Below, one piece after another: positions 36,173 to 49,582 of a DNA stretch of 64,000 nucleotides (its first letter is position 1; every line of letters begins with the position of its first letter). The stretch spans positions 64,046,001-64,110,000 of the forward strand of contig OZ287756.1 in NCBI GenBank assembly GCA_965649765.1, written 5' to 3'. A model generated the notes under the pieces. The model had not been told where the DNA came from. It searched no databases and saw only the letters and a program-made list of their open reading frames with translations. A program made the translations under genes and the position numbers. Source of the DNA: Bispira polyomma. Taxonomy: Eukaryota.

Positions 36173-39060
36173 CTATATATAAAAATTTGGCATTAACATG
36201 TCACCATGTATAGGTAACCAAGTACATTTATTCTTTAGGTAATTAACTGTTGAAATATTGACATCTTGATAAACATCCCACCAAGACAAAATGTCTGCAT
36301 AGACATTATCGACTCCTGGTATATGTAGCACCTGCAACTCAATATTGTGCGCAGCTACATAATACCAAGTTGTACGAAGGCAGGCCATAAGCCATGGATG
36401 TTTAGCCTTTTTTGAGGTAAATAGCTGGACCACAGCAAGGTTGTCACACCACAGTGTAACTTTAGTATTCTACCATTCATGAGTCCATAGCTTGAGAGCC
36501 AATAACATAATGGCTGCCTCAAAGTGGACAATAGATCTATAGTTTTTAACTGACATGGGGATATCTGCACTATACACTTGTCCATTACAATAACCACCCA
36601 CTTTCTCCAATGAAGCATCTACATATACTACATGATTAATGGGATTTTTAGTATGTATTTCCACTACCCCATTAAAAATCTCCAGAAATTGGTTAAACCA
36701 TTGGATATCCTTAAAAAACATTTCCGGTAGTTTAATACTTCCTCTCATAGGAGCAGTACGTAAAACCTACCAAATACGATTAATGAAGATACGTGCTGGT
36801 CGCACACATCGATGTATATAAAGGAGCTTTCCAGTCAGCCTCTGCAATTGGTTTCTAGTAGCAGTGTTTTTACAAAGCCAATTTCTACATAACTCTTTTA
36901 CTTCTTTAATTTTCTGACTAGGAATAGTTAACGTACCTGTACTGGCATTGATATTTATATCCAAACAATTAATTACAGGAGCTGGAGATTCCAGCTTTTT
37001 ACTATTAATAGGAAGGCCTAATTCTGTGAGCAGATTTTTGCTGATAAGAATTGCGAGTTAGCTACGTGGGGAGGAGCGACCCCAATAAAATCATCTAAAT
37101 AATTCATTATCCAGACGTTACGTTGACGCAACGTTGACGTTACAGCGTCAGTACATAACTGGCAAGCGGCTGCTCCCGTATGAAACCCGAAGGGTAACCC
37201 TATATTGATATAAGTATTATCTTGCCATTGTAGGCCCAATACAGGATAGTTCTCTGGAGATCAATTTTATATAATAACACTGTAGGACCATACATTCGAA
37301 TTTTTTCAACCACTTGGTCAATAGTAGGATATTTTAAAGTGAAAGGTATATTATCATATACATCTATGGGGACACAACTATTTACACCCTGGCCTAAAGG
37401 CCATGACAGGTCCACTATTACCCTGGTACCCCCATCTGGCTTAGGTCTAGCCATGAGTGGAGAAAAGTGTATTTTCGAAAGGTTTACCTTTAATGGGTCC
37501 AATCATAGCCCTATGTTTTACCTCTACCTCAAAGTATTCGTTTACCCCTTTATGATTGTATAAAGCCGACTTAAGATTGGCCACAGAAGAATTAAAAACA
37601 AATGTACCATAATCAATATTTAAAGGGAAGCCAAATTGTATATATTCTCCCAATATTTCGAGTTGGTAGCACTTTAGCATCTGCCTCCAAGCTGGAATCT
37701 TAAGGCCAGAGGGAACTGTAATTCTTGCTCCCTTGTAGTTAGGTACACCCTTACTTTTAACTGCATTGTGAATTGTATTTAACCACTTTACTGTTGGCTC
37801 GAATATAGTAGTGCAACTCGGTAAATTCAAACTTTTTGGAAGAGGAGCATGAGGGAGAAACCCAAAGTCACGGGGTTCAGTCACCATCTCCTTTTTTTTT
37901 CAATAAACCAGCTAGTAGCTTTAACTTTATTAAAATCATAATCATTATGATTAGCCAACGTGTGTACATTATGGACTTTTCTATTAAGGTGACTGCCATT
38001 CTGAATGTGAACATCATGATCACACGTGTTTTTACACATAGCATCCTGCCATATTTTATTTACACTGCTATTGTAGTATGATAGTACACTATGGTGTTCC
38101 ATTTTTGTTTTACATCTACCACTGTTTATATTCTTCTCTGAACACCTGCTGTCAAAACAAGTTTTACCACCACCCCATAAGTCCTTTACCCCTTGTGCAA
38201 TTTCAAGAGACGATTCAAGTGTTGAACAAGGGTCAAGGTACTTATTATTGTTGCAGTATCTAGAACTTACCTGGCAGCAATTTAGTGCAACGTGTTCTAA
38301 TGTACACGTAATTAGATAACTGTACCTATGGACCAAGGACGACAGGGTGTTCAGGTCATTAGAATCTACAGTTATATTGGCCATACTAGTGTTATTGTTA
38401 CTTACACCGACACATACGTTACTAGCTTTAACAAAAGTATAACTATTTCTGTCACTTGTACTAACTATGTGACTAGTCACACAATAAACACTATTGCTAG
38501 AATTATTCTCTTGTGACATTAATAAATTAACATCGCTTCCATAAACTCTCTTATAAGAGCTCGATACATTTGTATTCATTACTAAGTTGTCACTAAGTCT
38601 ATCAACATTTGTTTTAGGACTATTAATATATTCCATTTTTTCAGCTAATACTTTGCACCGGGAAGACGTTTTTTCTGTATCATGATTTTTGTACATAAAC
38701 ACAGTGGCCAACAGGTTCAATTGGTTTCCCATATTACCCATATTAGGGTCTTTGTTACAACTGATACCATGGTCACGTTTTTTAACACGAGCACCTTGTT
38801 TTGGGCTAAACTCGCTGGGCAACGGGTTCAAGGTGATTTTATAATTTCTAACACCTTCATTCAATCTATTTTTAGGCATATTATTACATGATTTGGTATA
38901 AACATACATACTATTAGAACGAGTATCATGTTGTAACCATTTACTATCAGTATTACAAATTTCTTGTCTAAAAATTTTTGCACGTGGATTTAATTTAGTT
39001 TTATTACAAATACCTTCCTTATGATAATAATTGTGTCGTTGTAATTTAGGCCAAGGTTAT
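36173..39060 (-). pseudogene. DIRS-type pol with long N-terminal extension, RT and RNase H (fragmented)
   Basis: SPLMARPKPDGGTRVIVDLS, LPFGFHTG, NYLDD, VDAS, HFEA, DNVYADILS. Confidence 0.88.
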
Positions 39061-39139
39061 TATAACTTTTCCCGCCGTTGTTAACTTTAGACACATTACA
39101 ACTAATAGGGTTAAACTCGCTGCTCAGTTTTCTGTCCCT

Positions 39140-40137
39140 TACTATCATTTTTCATTCGCATACACTTGCAAGCGGGGTGATCATGTTTTTTGCCACGTGT
39201 CTCTTTGTAGCAGTAAGTGCAGTAGTGCTCATATTTGAAACCTTTGGATACGTGGTCCTTGTCTAGCTTACAGGTACCCTTATTAAACAAGGAGCAGACA
39301 CGACTTTCTGTGTTCCTGTTTTCACTACTACCTGTACCACCGTTATAGGGAACCCTTTGGGCATTTCTAGCTCTGATTTTTTTCTATCAGTTCGATTTTG
39401 TCCCATGTGACCCGGCCTTTTTCTATTTCTTGAAGTACTGCAGCATGCGCTTTCTTAGCTTCTTCTAATCCCAACTCGACAGCGTCTTGCATTAAGCTAA
39501 CGTGGCAATTCAGCATAACCTGCCTTTTCTCAAGATCACATTCCTCTAACGCGCAACAAAGCAACTCCTGTGCCCATTGTATGGAAGACATTTCGTCGTA
39601 TGTCGGTTGTTTGTTGGTATGAGCGACGGTGCAATAATCTTGGGGCCATGAGACCTGGACTTTTACTTTATGTACACCCGCTCTATACCGGCCAGATTTT
39701 AAAGTGGAAGTATTTTTACCTTTATAGTCGAGACGTGAAGCTCCTTCGTAATCACGCAATCTCTTCTGAACTTCGGCTTGGATACGGGAGTCACTTTTGA
39801 GGACTTCAAAAGAGGGTAGCTTTGGAACTGCACTCTCTGGAACAGCCGTTTTCTGGCCCATAGCCTTTGGTGAACTTTGGGCTGATGGAAGCACCGAAAT
39901 TTCATTTAAACTCACTCTGTCCTGATTATTTAATTGCACACCCATACCTTTCCCCACCATTAATAGTTCAGTTAATTTGTCCGACATGGACTTACTGTGC
40001 GTATTTGTTATTTCAGCTTCTTCACCCTCCACATTATTAGTAACAATATCAGTGTCTGGTACATTATTTTCACTTCTTTCAACAGTACTTTTATTCGTAC
40101 TTTTACTGTTCTTGTTAACTCCCGGTTTAGGCCCCAT
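39140..40137 (-). pseudogene. DIRS-type gag-like ORF1
   Basis: LKSGRYR, WPQD, YDEMSSIQW, AKKAHAAVL, plus a frameshifted C-terminal Cys/His cluster. Confidence 0.8.
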
Positions 40138-41249
40138 TTTGTAAAACACTTGACTCTGGAAAGACTTTTGCCGGCTTGACTGTTGGGAATTTAAAAAGGT
40201 AATTCTAATTCTAACTAAAATTGAATTTCCTATGTAGTCAAGCAGACAGGAGTCCAATTTTCCAATATGGCGCTCAGCCCTCTAAACTTCCAACTGACTT
40301 TGAACCCCAAGTGTGGAGGTATTTATGCACATTGATTTCAGCAAGCCCCCATGTGCTTTAACAACTCACAGCCTCAGTATCAGAAGGCCTAGTTGTATGC
40401 AAGAAATGGGTAGACAGCCACCATGTGATTTAATATCTCAAGCTTTGCAGACACCTTGTGGTCTGGTTATGTGCAGTACATACAGGCCAACCTAGGGGTG
40501 ACCTTCCGCTTTAACCATTGAAACCCAAAAACTAATATTGATACGAAAATAGCAAGGCCACTTGTGTTTAATTTTATGTTTTTTAAGCTTTCCCTAAGAC
40601 TGACACGGTTTGCTACTTAAATTCTGCAACACCTATTAAATGACCAGCTTCCTAACTGAATGATTAACGATTTTTCGGATGAAATTTGCCTTGACACATT
40701 TGACCTCGGGATGGATGTTCTCTTTGTCTAGTGTACAATACCAATGGTTACATATGTTCCGGCACAGACTATGGTCAGCGCTGCCACTGCCTAGTCCAAT
40801 ATTGGTTCACACTACACTTCATTAACCAGTCATGTTGATAGTCTTGATTAAACACACAGCGTCTTGTTACTCTAGATGGAGCATGTAATATATGTTAGCC
40901 ATCTAAATGCTATTCCACTATAGATAAGGTGTATATTATCTATAATGATTATTTTTGACCTTTCCTAGTTTGAAAAAAATATGCATATCATTCACTCTTC
41001 AATTTGTAATATATTAGCTTATGACATTTGTTATAGGTGACCTGTATCACATTTATAAAGCATTTACTTGAACATTTATTTACATGTTGAAACAATGTTA
41101 AAAAAAAATATTAAAAACAGTTTAAATTGAAACTTAAAATGTACAAAACTGCACTTTAGTTGTTATTTATGTACCTTGTTATTTTTTGTTATTTTGGTTC
41201 TATATGTCTCAAATTCTTTTAGTAACCTTAACTATCGATGATAGCCAAA

Positions 41250-42985
41250 ACATAGCCAGGTAAGATTAATGTCATACTGAAAATGGAAGAGATTTGACTG
41301 ATTTAAAATACTGGCGCCCTTTTTTATTTTATATACTGACAATAAAATTTTAGCCAGGGTACTCAGAAATTGGTTACAGGTAGCATTAAAAAAAATTATT
41401 AGCCTAGAACAGGTGGGATAAGTGGAAAATAGGTTTGTGTTGAAAAGAAAAGACTGATTTCTGATATCATAGACTATTGCCTTTATCACAAAACCTCTTA
41501 TGTAATTCTTCTCGCTGACTCTGAGAAAGCTATTGACATAGTATAATTTTTGAAAAAAAAAAAAAAAAATAGTGAAACACTGTGGTTTTGGAGTTAATTT
41601 TGAAAAATGGTTATCAATTTTATACAAAAATTAGGAAAGCTGTGTTACTAACAATGGTTATTTATTGTCATATTTGAGTTAAAAAGAGGAATTAGATAGG
41701 GTAATCCAATTATTGCTTTGTTGTTTTTGTTAGTGGCTGAAATTATTGCAATTATACTAAGAGATACAAATAAAGTTAAAGGTATATGTATTATTGAAAG
41801 TCGTCTGCAATTTTGCTAATTTGCAGATGATACAACCTTATTGTTAATAAGTACAGAATCAACAGTCATGATTCAACTCTTTGAATAGTTCTACCGCTAT
41901 GCAGGTTTAAAGTTACATTAATGAAAGATGGAAGCATTCCTTATTAAAGGTGAGAATCCATCTTTGTTCAGAGATACTAGTATTGGTGTCACCTCTACAA
42001 TGAAACATTTTAAAACATTAGGAACATGATTTTTTACAGATAGAAATGAACCGTCTCTTTTGAACACTGTCCAAGCTATTGTAAAATCTTGGCAGCCGCG
42101 ATGCCTTAGCTTGTAAGTTAAAATAACTGTTCTCAAGTCCTTAGTTGTTCCTCCCATCCTATAGCTAGTTTCAGTTTTTCCTTTAAGTTTCATTGTATTT
42201 TCAGAACTAGACTCAATGTCTTTAAATTGCATATTGAGTAACAAGAAGCCCTTAAATTAAAAAAATGTTCTGGTGCAGGCTCTAGAATTAGGTGGGTTAA
42301 AACTGATAGCTTTCAAGTTCATAATTCAGTCTGCTAAAGTTATGTGGATGAAGAGATTGTGTAACAACATTAAAGCAAAATAGAAGGTCTTGGCCATAGA
42401 ATTTATGTGTATCGATATAAGTAAAATACAAATTTTAAAAAGCAATTGTTACAAAATATCAGGCATGATGTCAAATCTGGCTTTTATATCAACTTATTGT
42501 CTATTTAGTTCGACTTTCTGGTTACTAAGGTCAGAAGTGTATATTACTTTTTTGGCGAAATTTTTTTTGAAAGTCCTTTATTCCTTATTGACAGAAAAAC
42601 GTTTAAATGATATTCGTAAGATTAAAAATTCAAAAGTTAACGCATTTTATGGTCACAAATTATTCAGTCCTAACAAGTCAAAATAAGTGGATAGAACATT
42701 TTCCCTTTTAGAGGTTATAGACCGGAAATACATCTATCTATATTAGTTAAAGATAGATTTAGTTTATTGTTTTCGTCATTGTAAAGTCATGTGTGATGTT
42801 TATTGAACTTCTCTGTGGTTTTAAATTTAAAACACTTTTAATTTTCTCTGCATTGTAAAGCCTTCAGTAAATAACTTGTGTGAGATTTGAGATGTTAGTA
42901 AATTTGTAACTTTAATATTGTTTGTTGCTTTTATACCTTTTTCAATTTTTATTTTATGTTAATAATAAATAAAATATAAAAAAAC
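41250..42985 (+). pseudogene. Degenerate L1/Tx1-type RT relic with A-rich tail
   Basis: Manual translation gives LKYWRP, DNKILARVL, RLISDIIDY, LFLLVAEI and FADDTT. AATAAA and an A-rich tail at about 42960-42985. Confidence 0.7.
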
Positions 42986-43749
42986 TTTAAATGATCAGTT
43001 TTATTATTATGTAAATACAAAATACAAACGAGTGTTTTATGCGGATTTAAATGATCGATGGGGTTGGTGTAATGCACGAAGGACTGAGTGCTTTAATTTA
43101 ACCCCCGGAGATTAACCCTGTTTAAAATCTGCATAAAACATGAGTTTAAGCATTTTATTCCTCTTCTAAAATGACAAATCTTTTATTTTCTTTGACATGA
43201 CTACCGCAAATGTGTACAAGACTGTCGATGTTACGGCTGTTCCATCATATAAACATACAGGACAACGGAGTTTGCAAAACAAAAGCTATTTTCAAGTAAA
43301 GGCTAATTATTTTTTCAAAGCTCAAAATATCCTGAAGATAACATTTTTTTATAGTATATTTTATTTATATTAACTAAAATTATTTTATTGCGAATCATAT
43401 GCGTTTTGTTGCATTAAAATCGGTTAAAAAATAGCTGAGATATTTAAGTTTGAATATGTAAGAGTAACAGTGAGATTGATGGAACAGCATGCATTATCTA
43501 CAGTGTTTTATATGGAATTTATACATTGTGCAAAAGACATGATCACGGGCGTTGCTCAGCCTTCCATTTTAGAATGTCCCCACAACCATGCTCCATTTTG
43601 AATGCAGTAGCTAAACTGAACACACTACAAAATCGAAGTCTCTCACCATCACCTTTTATTTCCTCCATGTGAAAATAAAAAAATAAAAAAAAAATATACT
43701 TACAAATTTCCAATTTGATTTCTTCTTCCCTGTTGGTGAGGTTTGATAA

Positions 43750-46700
43750 GGAAGGCTCGTTCAGTGACAAAGGTCAGGGACGCCTAGCCGAATTCCTTTT
43801 GTGGGTGGCTTTAGGTGTCGCAGTTGATTTTTGGCACCAACTGGGACGGACATATAATTTTATTGCAGATAATATTCTCTGATAGAGAGTTTTACAACAA
43901 ATCAAGGATTATATATTAGTGTGCATGCCTTATATATAATGTTCTAAGTGGACAGTATGGATTTAAAGTTTTATAACAAAAAGGATTTTATATAGATTTT
44001 ATGTACCCAGTTGGTGCCAGGATTATCCTGATTTCGTCGCAGAACTAGTTTTTGAATTGACTGTTTCCAATATCAGTTATGAGGAGTTTCAGGAAACAAA
44101 AAGGACTAAGTGCTGGTCGGATGGTAGTGGCTAGAACCAGCAAGATAATGGTATCAGCAATTGTCAGTTTACCAGGAGAGAAACCCAAGAAAACGAAACA
44201 GAAAGGGACTAATGACAGCTTGTACGGACCGTCAAGTGGAACACAGGGTCGTGGTCCGGTTGACATAGCAATGCCAGTGTCTGGGGCAGCGTCAAGTGGT
44301 CAATTGTTTCCTGGTCATCGTACGGGAATGAAACGCGTAGTCAGAGCGAGAGCTGCAGCTGAAGTTGGAAGCAGACAGATGTCAGAGGCCAGTCAACACC
44401 TCAACAGTGGCAGTGGTGATCTTCAGATGTTAGATGTAGTTCAAAAGTTGGGTCAGCTGATTCAGGTGGTGCTTTTTTGAAGGATGTCAACTCACAGCTT
44501 ATGAAACGGTTGGATACTTTTGAATCGAGTACAAGTTCGAATGTTGTGGCTGATTCTAGTGTTAGGGCAAAAGTTACTGCCCCAGTAGTATTCGTTAACT
44601 CTCTGAAGATTTCTCCCTTACTGGGAGGGGCGAAATTATCACTTGAACAGTTACAAACTTTCGGATGTGGTTTAAATAGTGTTAGCTTGGATCTGGCTGT
44701 GCAACATGAAGTTCAACGGCGACTACTGGAAATGAAAGACCAGGAGGATCAAGTACTGGACTTTGATATGTCAAACTTTAAAGCTAATGACAGAAAAGTT
44801 CAGTCTGGTCAGTTAAGAGTTGGAGGGGAAACCCCCTGTAAGAGGTTCGTTTATTGGCCTCTTAATATGTGTTTCATTAGAAGTGATTGTGAACGAGTAA
44901 AATATGATGAGCTTACATTGTTGCAATAGTCTTTAGGCTTTAACAGATGTATTTTTAAGGAGTCCGATTTGCAAATTTAGCAAAACATGCTTACAACCTT
45001 CAGCTACACTAGGTTCTCTAGTCCAAGACAAGTCAATTATCACCTTTCTATTGAGTGAATTAGGTTTATGCCGAGTGAGCATACGGGAAATATGCAGATT
45101 TTCTAAGGGTTAAACCACATAAGGACCTTCAATGGCACCATGTTTATGTTCTATTTCTAAGTAGTGTACAATATGATCAGGGTAAGAACCTGCTGAAGGG
45201 TGGTTAATCGCTTAGTGGGTGAGAACAAACCGAGAAGATACCCAACATGTGTGCAGAACCAATACATAAGACACCATATGTAAAGATTAACTAAACTGTA
45301 CACTTGGGTAAGTACAACCTGTGCTGTGTGAATAACTGTCAACCCATACAATTGCAACAATTGCCACACGCAAACATAAGTAAACCACTTAATGACAAAG
45401 TTATAAAAGTCATAAACGTGCTTAATAATACTAAACAGACCCTGTGTAACATAGCTATAACACACTGCTTTATTACAACCAAGTATTAACTGTCCATTAA
45501 CAGTGTTAACTATATGTGGCCAAACCTTGGCACGTGTACAATGATCAATTAAGTACTTTAGTAAGATTGCATGTGTTGAAGAACTGATAACACCTTCGGT
45601 TATTGCTGTGTTTGTAAAACCTCTGTCAAAACACAGACAGAAAATAACCAGGGCTCGTACATGAGCCTTAACCAAGCACACAAATTCTACCCAGAAAGTT
45701 ACTAGATAAATTTTAAACATGAATTCTAACCAAGTATTCCTGTAACAAAACAAATTCAACAAAATACCAGCCAAGTAGGTTGAAGTATTATACAATCTGA
45801 GTATTTGTCCAAATATGGTAGGTGCTACAGCAGTGATGACTTATTGCAGTGGATTTCCCCCCATAATGACATACAAAGCTGCGTGAGCATAAGTGACACG
45901 CGCCAACAATTTTACTAGATTTGGTTGAGTATATAGTAAGAAATGTATTACTGCGCGAGTACAAATTTTACCAGCCAAACTTCAACACACGCTAGATACA
46001 ACAACACTAAACATGTCACAAAAGGTGGCGCATGTACACACCTCGGAAGGATAATTGAAATCCAAACTGCGGAAACCAAGTGTCCAAGGATTAAAGTACA
46101 TTCCCGAGCCATTCCGACTGAACTTCGCGGGGGTATTGCCGTCTAAACTCAAGTGTGTTATACTATTTTCGGCCAAACTATTGGAATGCCTTTGCGCAGA
46201 CTGTCGCACAGCTAGGAAAATGTGGGATTTGTTAGCGAAATGAGATACTGTGCTTGCTGAAAGCAAGCCATTTTCTGTGGATTTTACAAATTTGTCCAAC
46301 AAAACCGGATTATGATCCAGATAATTTGTATTTTTGACAGTAAATACCTGTTTTAACACAGGTTTTTGTTCATCTTCAAGAGAACTATCATGCCCCCTCC
46401 CTGTAAGGGAGTCTTGAACCAGACAATATATACAACTTGTGTAAGTACAAAAGTCTTGCTTTAATTTTAACCAACAGGTACATCCATTACCTGCAAACTT
46501 TACTTCAATGTCTTGAAACTGAGCAGTAGTACTGCCGTTTGAAATAGCTTTTTTGTACTTTTTCAGCCACTTATAATTACCATTGTCTATAATCACACCC
46601 ACCCGACATGATTGAATGAATCTCGCATGGCCAGCTTAAGGTCTAACTAGGTTGTCTCTACAGTTAACCTTATTTTTACCATTGTGAACACTTTTACATA

Positions 46701-48900
46701 CATTAACATTAGAATTCGGCTGTACTGCCGGTATTTAAACAATATTTTCAGTTACTTGACTAGCCCTCTCAACAGTCCTACAATTATTTACTTTAACTGC
46801 CTTATTTACTGCCGAGAGGTACCGCCTCCGTTTTTTTGCCTTTCTCTTTTGACAGTCCATTTCCTTCATAAATAATAATAATGCATTTTTAACACGCTTT
46901 ATTGATGCCAGGCATCTTCTAAAGCGCAACAGCAGAATCAGTGATCCAATCGTAAAGTCCATGGGCATAGTAAGGTCGTAAGGGTAGGGGGGTTAACAGC
47001 TGGTTGATCAGCAAGCAACCAAATTGAATATTAACCCACCCCGTAGCATCTGGCGGCAAGGGGCACAACTCCCTTTCACGCTTCACATGGTGAAGGGTGC
47101 CGTAGCCAAATGCACATGACTAAAAATTTCTACATCCAAACCAAAACGTCTAAAATAATGCTTTAATGCTGACATGGTATTCATACAATAAGCACAAACG
47201 TGCCTGAGCCAAACATTGCCTACTTTGTGATCAACGCTTGATTCACAAGGGCCCGACTGAAATTTTGTACATACTTCTTTGTTTTCAGAAAAGTTTCACG
47301 CTGATTTGAAAGAGCCTGGCTTGGCATTGGCCACTACTTGGCTTTCGGCAAACTGCCGATGGATATCATTTACCCTATCTGGTTCAGCCCAGGCTAACAA
47401 ACTGTTCTCCATACTACACATAATAACCCTGTGCGCCCCTTTGGCCACTGACCAACCTAGGTCAATGGCATTTTGTATTGTAGATTGCATACCGCAATGT
47501 GGGTCAGATTGTTACTTGTTTAAAGTGGATCGTCAGCGTCAGAGGATCTCATTATTTCCAGAGAATGACTGACAGTATTAGGGTCATCATGAGAACCCAT
47601 AGGTATGTTGTTTTTAACTATATTGATGACATCATAGGTATTTATTCCTTTTATGATAAGGCCAGGACTCACTTGGAATGTTTTATACATTGAACACTTG
47701 GTTCAGGTTGGACTCACTTATCCATCCATTAAAAATAATTTGTCAGCATTAAAGCATTATTTTAGACGTTTTGGTTTGGATGTAGAAATTTTTAGTCATG
47801 TACATTTGGTCATGCTTCTAAAGGCTATCAATAACAATGTAACTAGACATGTCAAGGTGAAAGACATTGTTGAGGTATAAGACATAATAAATATTTGTGC
47901 TCAATGTGACAGTATCCCACATGGGATGGTTTTTACGGAAGTGTTCTCAGTGGCTTTCTTTGGCCTATTTAGAATAAGTAACTTGTTATCACATACAGTG
48001 TGTCAGTATGATTGTGAACGACTATTATTGCATCGCGATGTGCAGTTTCATTCACCAGGTTTGGTGATACAGGTCAAATAGACCAAAACCATGCAAAGTC
48101 GACAGACAAGTGTGTCATTGCAGTTACCATTTTTTAACAGTTCTCTGCTTTGCCCAACTGAAGTGGTCAAAAACATGTCTGATTGTTATCAGGTTTCCTC
48201 GGATACACCATTTTTTGTGTGATCTGGTTACCACAGTCAGTACAAAATTTTGACAGATGTCAAAGTGCGTTATGTATTAAAGGACATTCTACGAGGCCTT
48301 AGTCTCAATACTATTACTCTTGGTTTTCATGCATTTAGGCCCTCAGGGGCTTCATTCCTGTTCCAACATAATTCCACTTTAGTGTCTTTAGGCACATGCA
48401 ACTTGGACCTCAGATGCAGTTTGGGCTGATTTGCAAACTAAGGCCAATCTTTCTATCATCCCTCAAGCTTTTCAGGCAATTCTATCATAAAAAAAATAGT
48501 AAATATTTCAATTTTCCTTATTCACACTTACTTGTTTGGCTTGGGGTGGTTATTATTCTAGTATTCACTTCAAATAATGACATAATCTGTCATGGTTAGC
48601 CATCGGCTACTTGTATGTAATACGAAACCAATAACCTGTCGTGGTGGTAGCCTATTGGCTAATACATGTATGTGATACAAAACGGTAAATGAATGCATGA
48701 AAAATAAACAAAAAATATTGTGTTATATATTTGTGGTTATTGAAGGTTAAAATTGGACTCGACTTTGGTCACTGGGCAGACTTTCCCTGATGTACAATGA
48801 TGTTTAGAAAAGTTGTAGCTTCAAAACTTCAATAAGGCTTTTGTTGATACAGCCTTATGTAACTTGTACAATATAAATGACCTTAAATTTGAGAGAATAG
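43750..48900 (+). mobile_element. Tyrosine-recombinase retrotransposon family 3, heavily rearranged
   Basis: gag 44079-44990(+). The gag continuation lies on the minus strand at about 47175-47490. RT scrap NYIDD at about 47620(+). YR relic 47680-48480 (FFGLFRISNL, FHAFRPSGA). Confidence 0.75.
46869..47000 (-). mobile_element. L2-type LINE 3' UTR fragment
   Basis: Reverse complement resembles 63870-63990. Confidence 0.7.
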
Positions 48901-49351
48901 TTATATGTTACTTGGTAGTCATTCTAATGTATCAATTTATATTAGGCTAATCTTAAAAAAACTTTATTTCTTAGTATTTTATATCCGCTTTAGTGGGCTT
49001 CATTAATGTTTTCATGTAATGGTGGGGATATTTAAAATTATAATATCTTAAAAGTTTAACCTACTATTTGTTACCACAAATTGTAATACTGTACATATTA
49101 CTAATATTGTACAAAATATATCTGCAAACTATATATTTTTACTACCTTCAAAATCACTCTATACTAAAACAGATACATCCAAAAAACTAGAATAAAACTC
49201 GACCTGGTTGTTTTCGTAAATTACCTTGGGATTCAATAAAAAAATAATTCCACGATCAATCAATTTTCGTGCTGGCCAGTAATGATTATTTCCAGTAATT
49301 AATCAATGTAGAATGTTTTAAAACACCAGAACACAAAGAAGGAGTAAGGCA

Positions 49352-49463
49352 ATGGATGTATTTTGCAAGGAAAGTAGAGACAAGGCATGTACATCTAAGA
49401 TACTGTGGCTAACAAGTATTACACTTTCTACTATTCTTGTGTTTATCTGGATATTTATTCAAG
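49352..49463 (+). CDS. Carbohydrate sulfotransferase gene 2, exon 1
   Basis: MDVFC...ILWLTSITLSTILVFIWIFIQ-G followed by GTAACT donor. Paralogous to 3417..3540. Confidence 0.75.
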
Positions 49464-49582
49464 GTAACTATGTCAGTTTAAAAATAGCAAAACTATATTT
49501 TTTTACTTGTGAACCAAGTTGTGTCACAGCAATACACATTGTTGTTATTTTTTAGTGAAAAAATGTACAATTATTAATATTT

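Larger units (their letters stand above)
34300..40560 (-). mobile_element. Tyrosine-recombinase (DIRS/PAT-like) retrotransposon family 2, near full length, frameshifted
   Basis: gag about 39140-40137, pol about 36173-39060, YR about 35000-35945. Ends approximate. Confidence 0.9.

Noticed and set aside
43025-43165. Crypton-like non-autonomous terminus (CGAGTGTTTTATGCGGATTT ... AAATCTGCATAAAACATGAG inverted repeat)
   Set aside because: The inverted repeat is visible, but I cannot define a second end or a family.
45157-46602. ORFs of 212 and 206 aa as novel cargo genes
   Set aside because: No recognisable domain. They lie in the inverted internal part of DIRS family 3 and are probably decayed pol extension or antisense frames.
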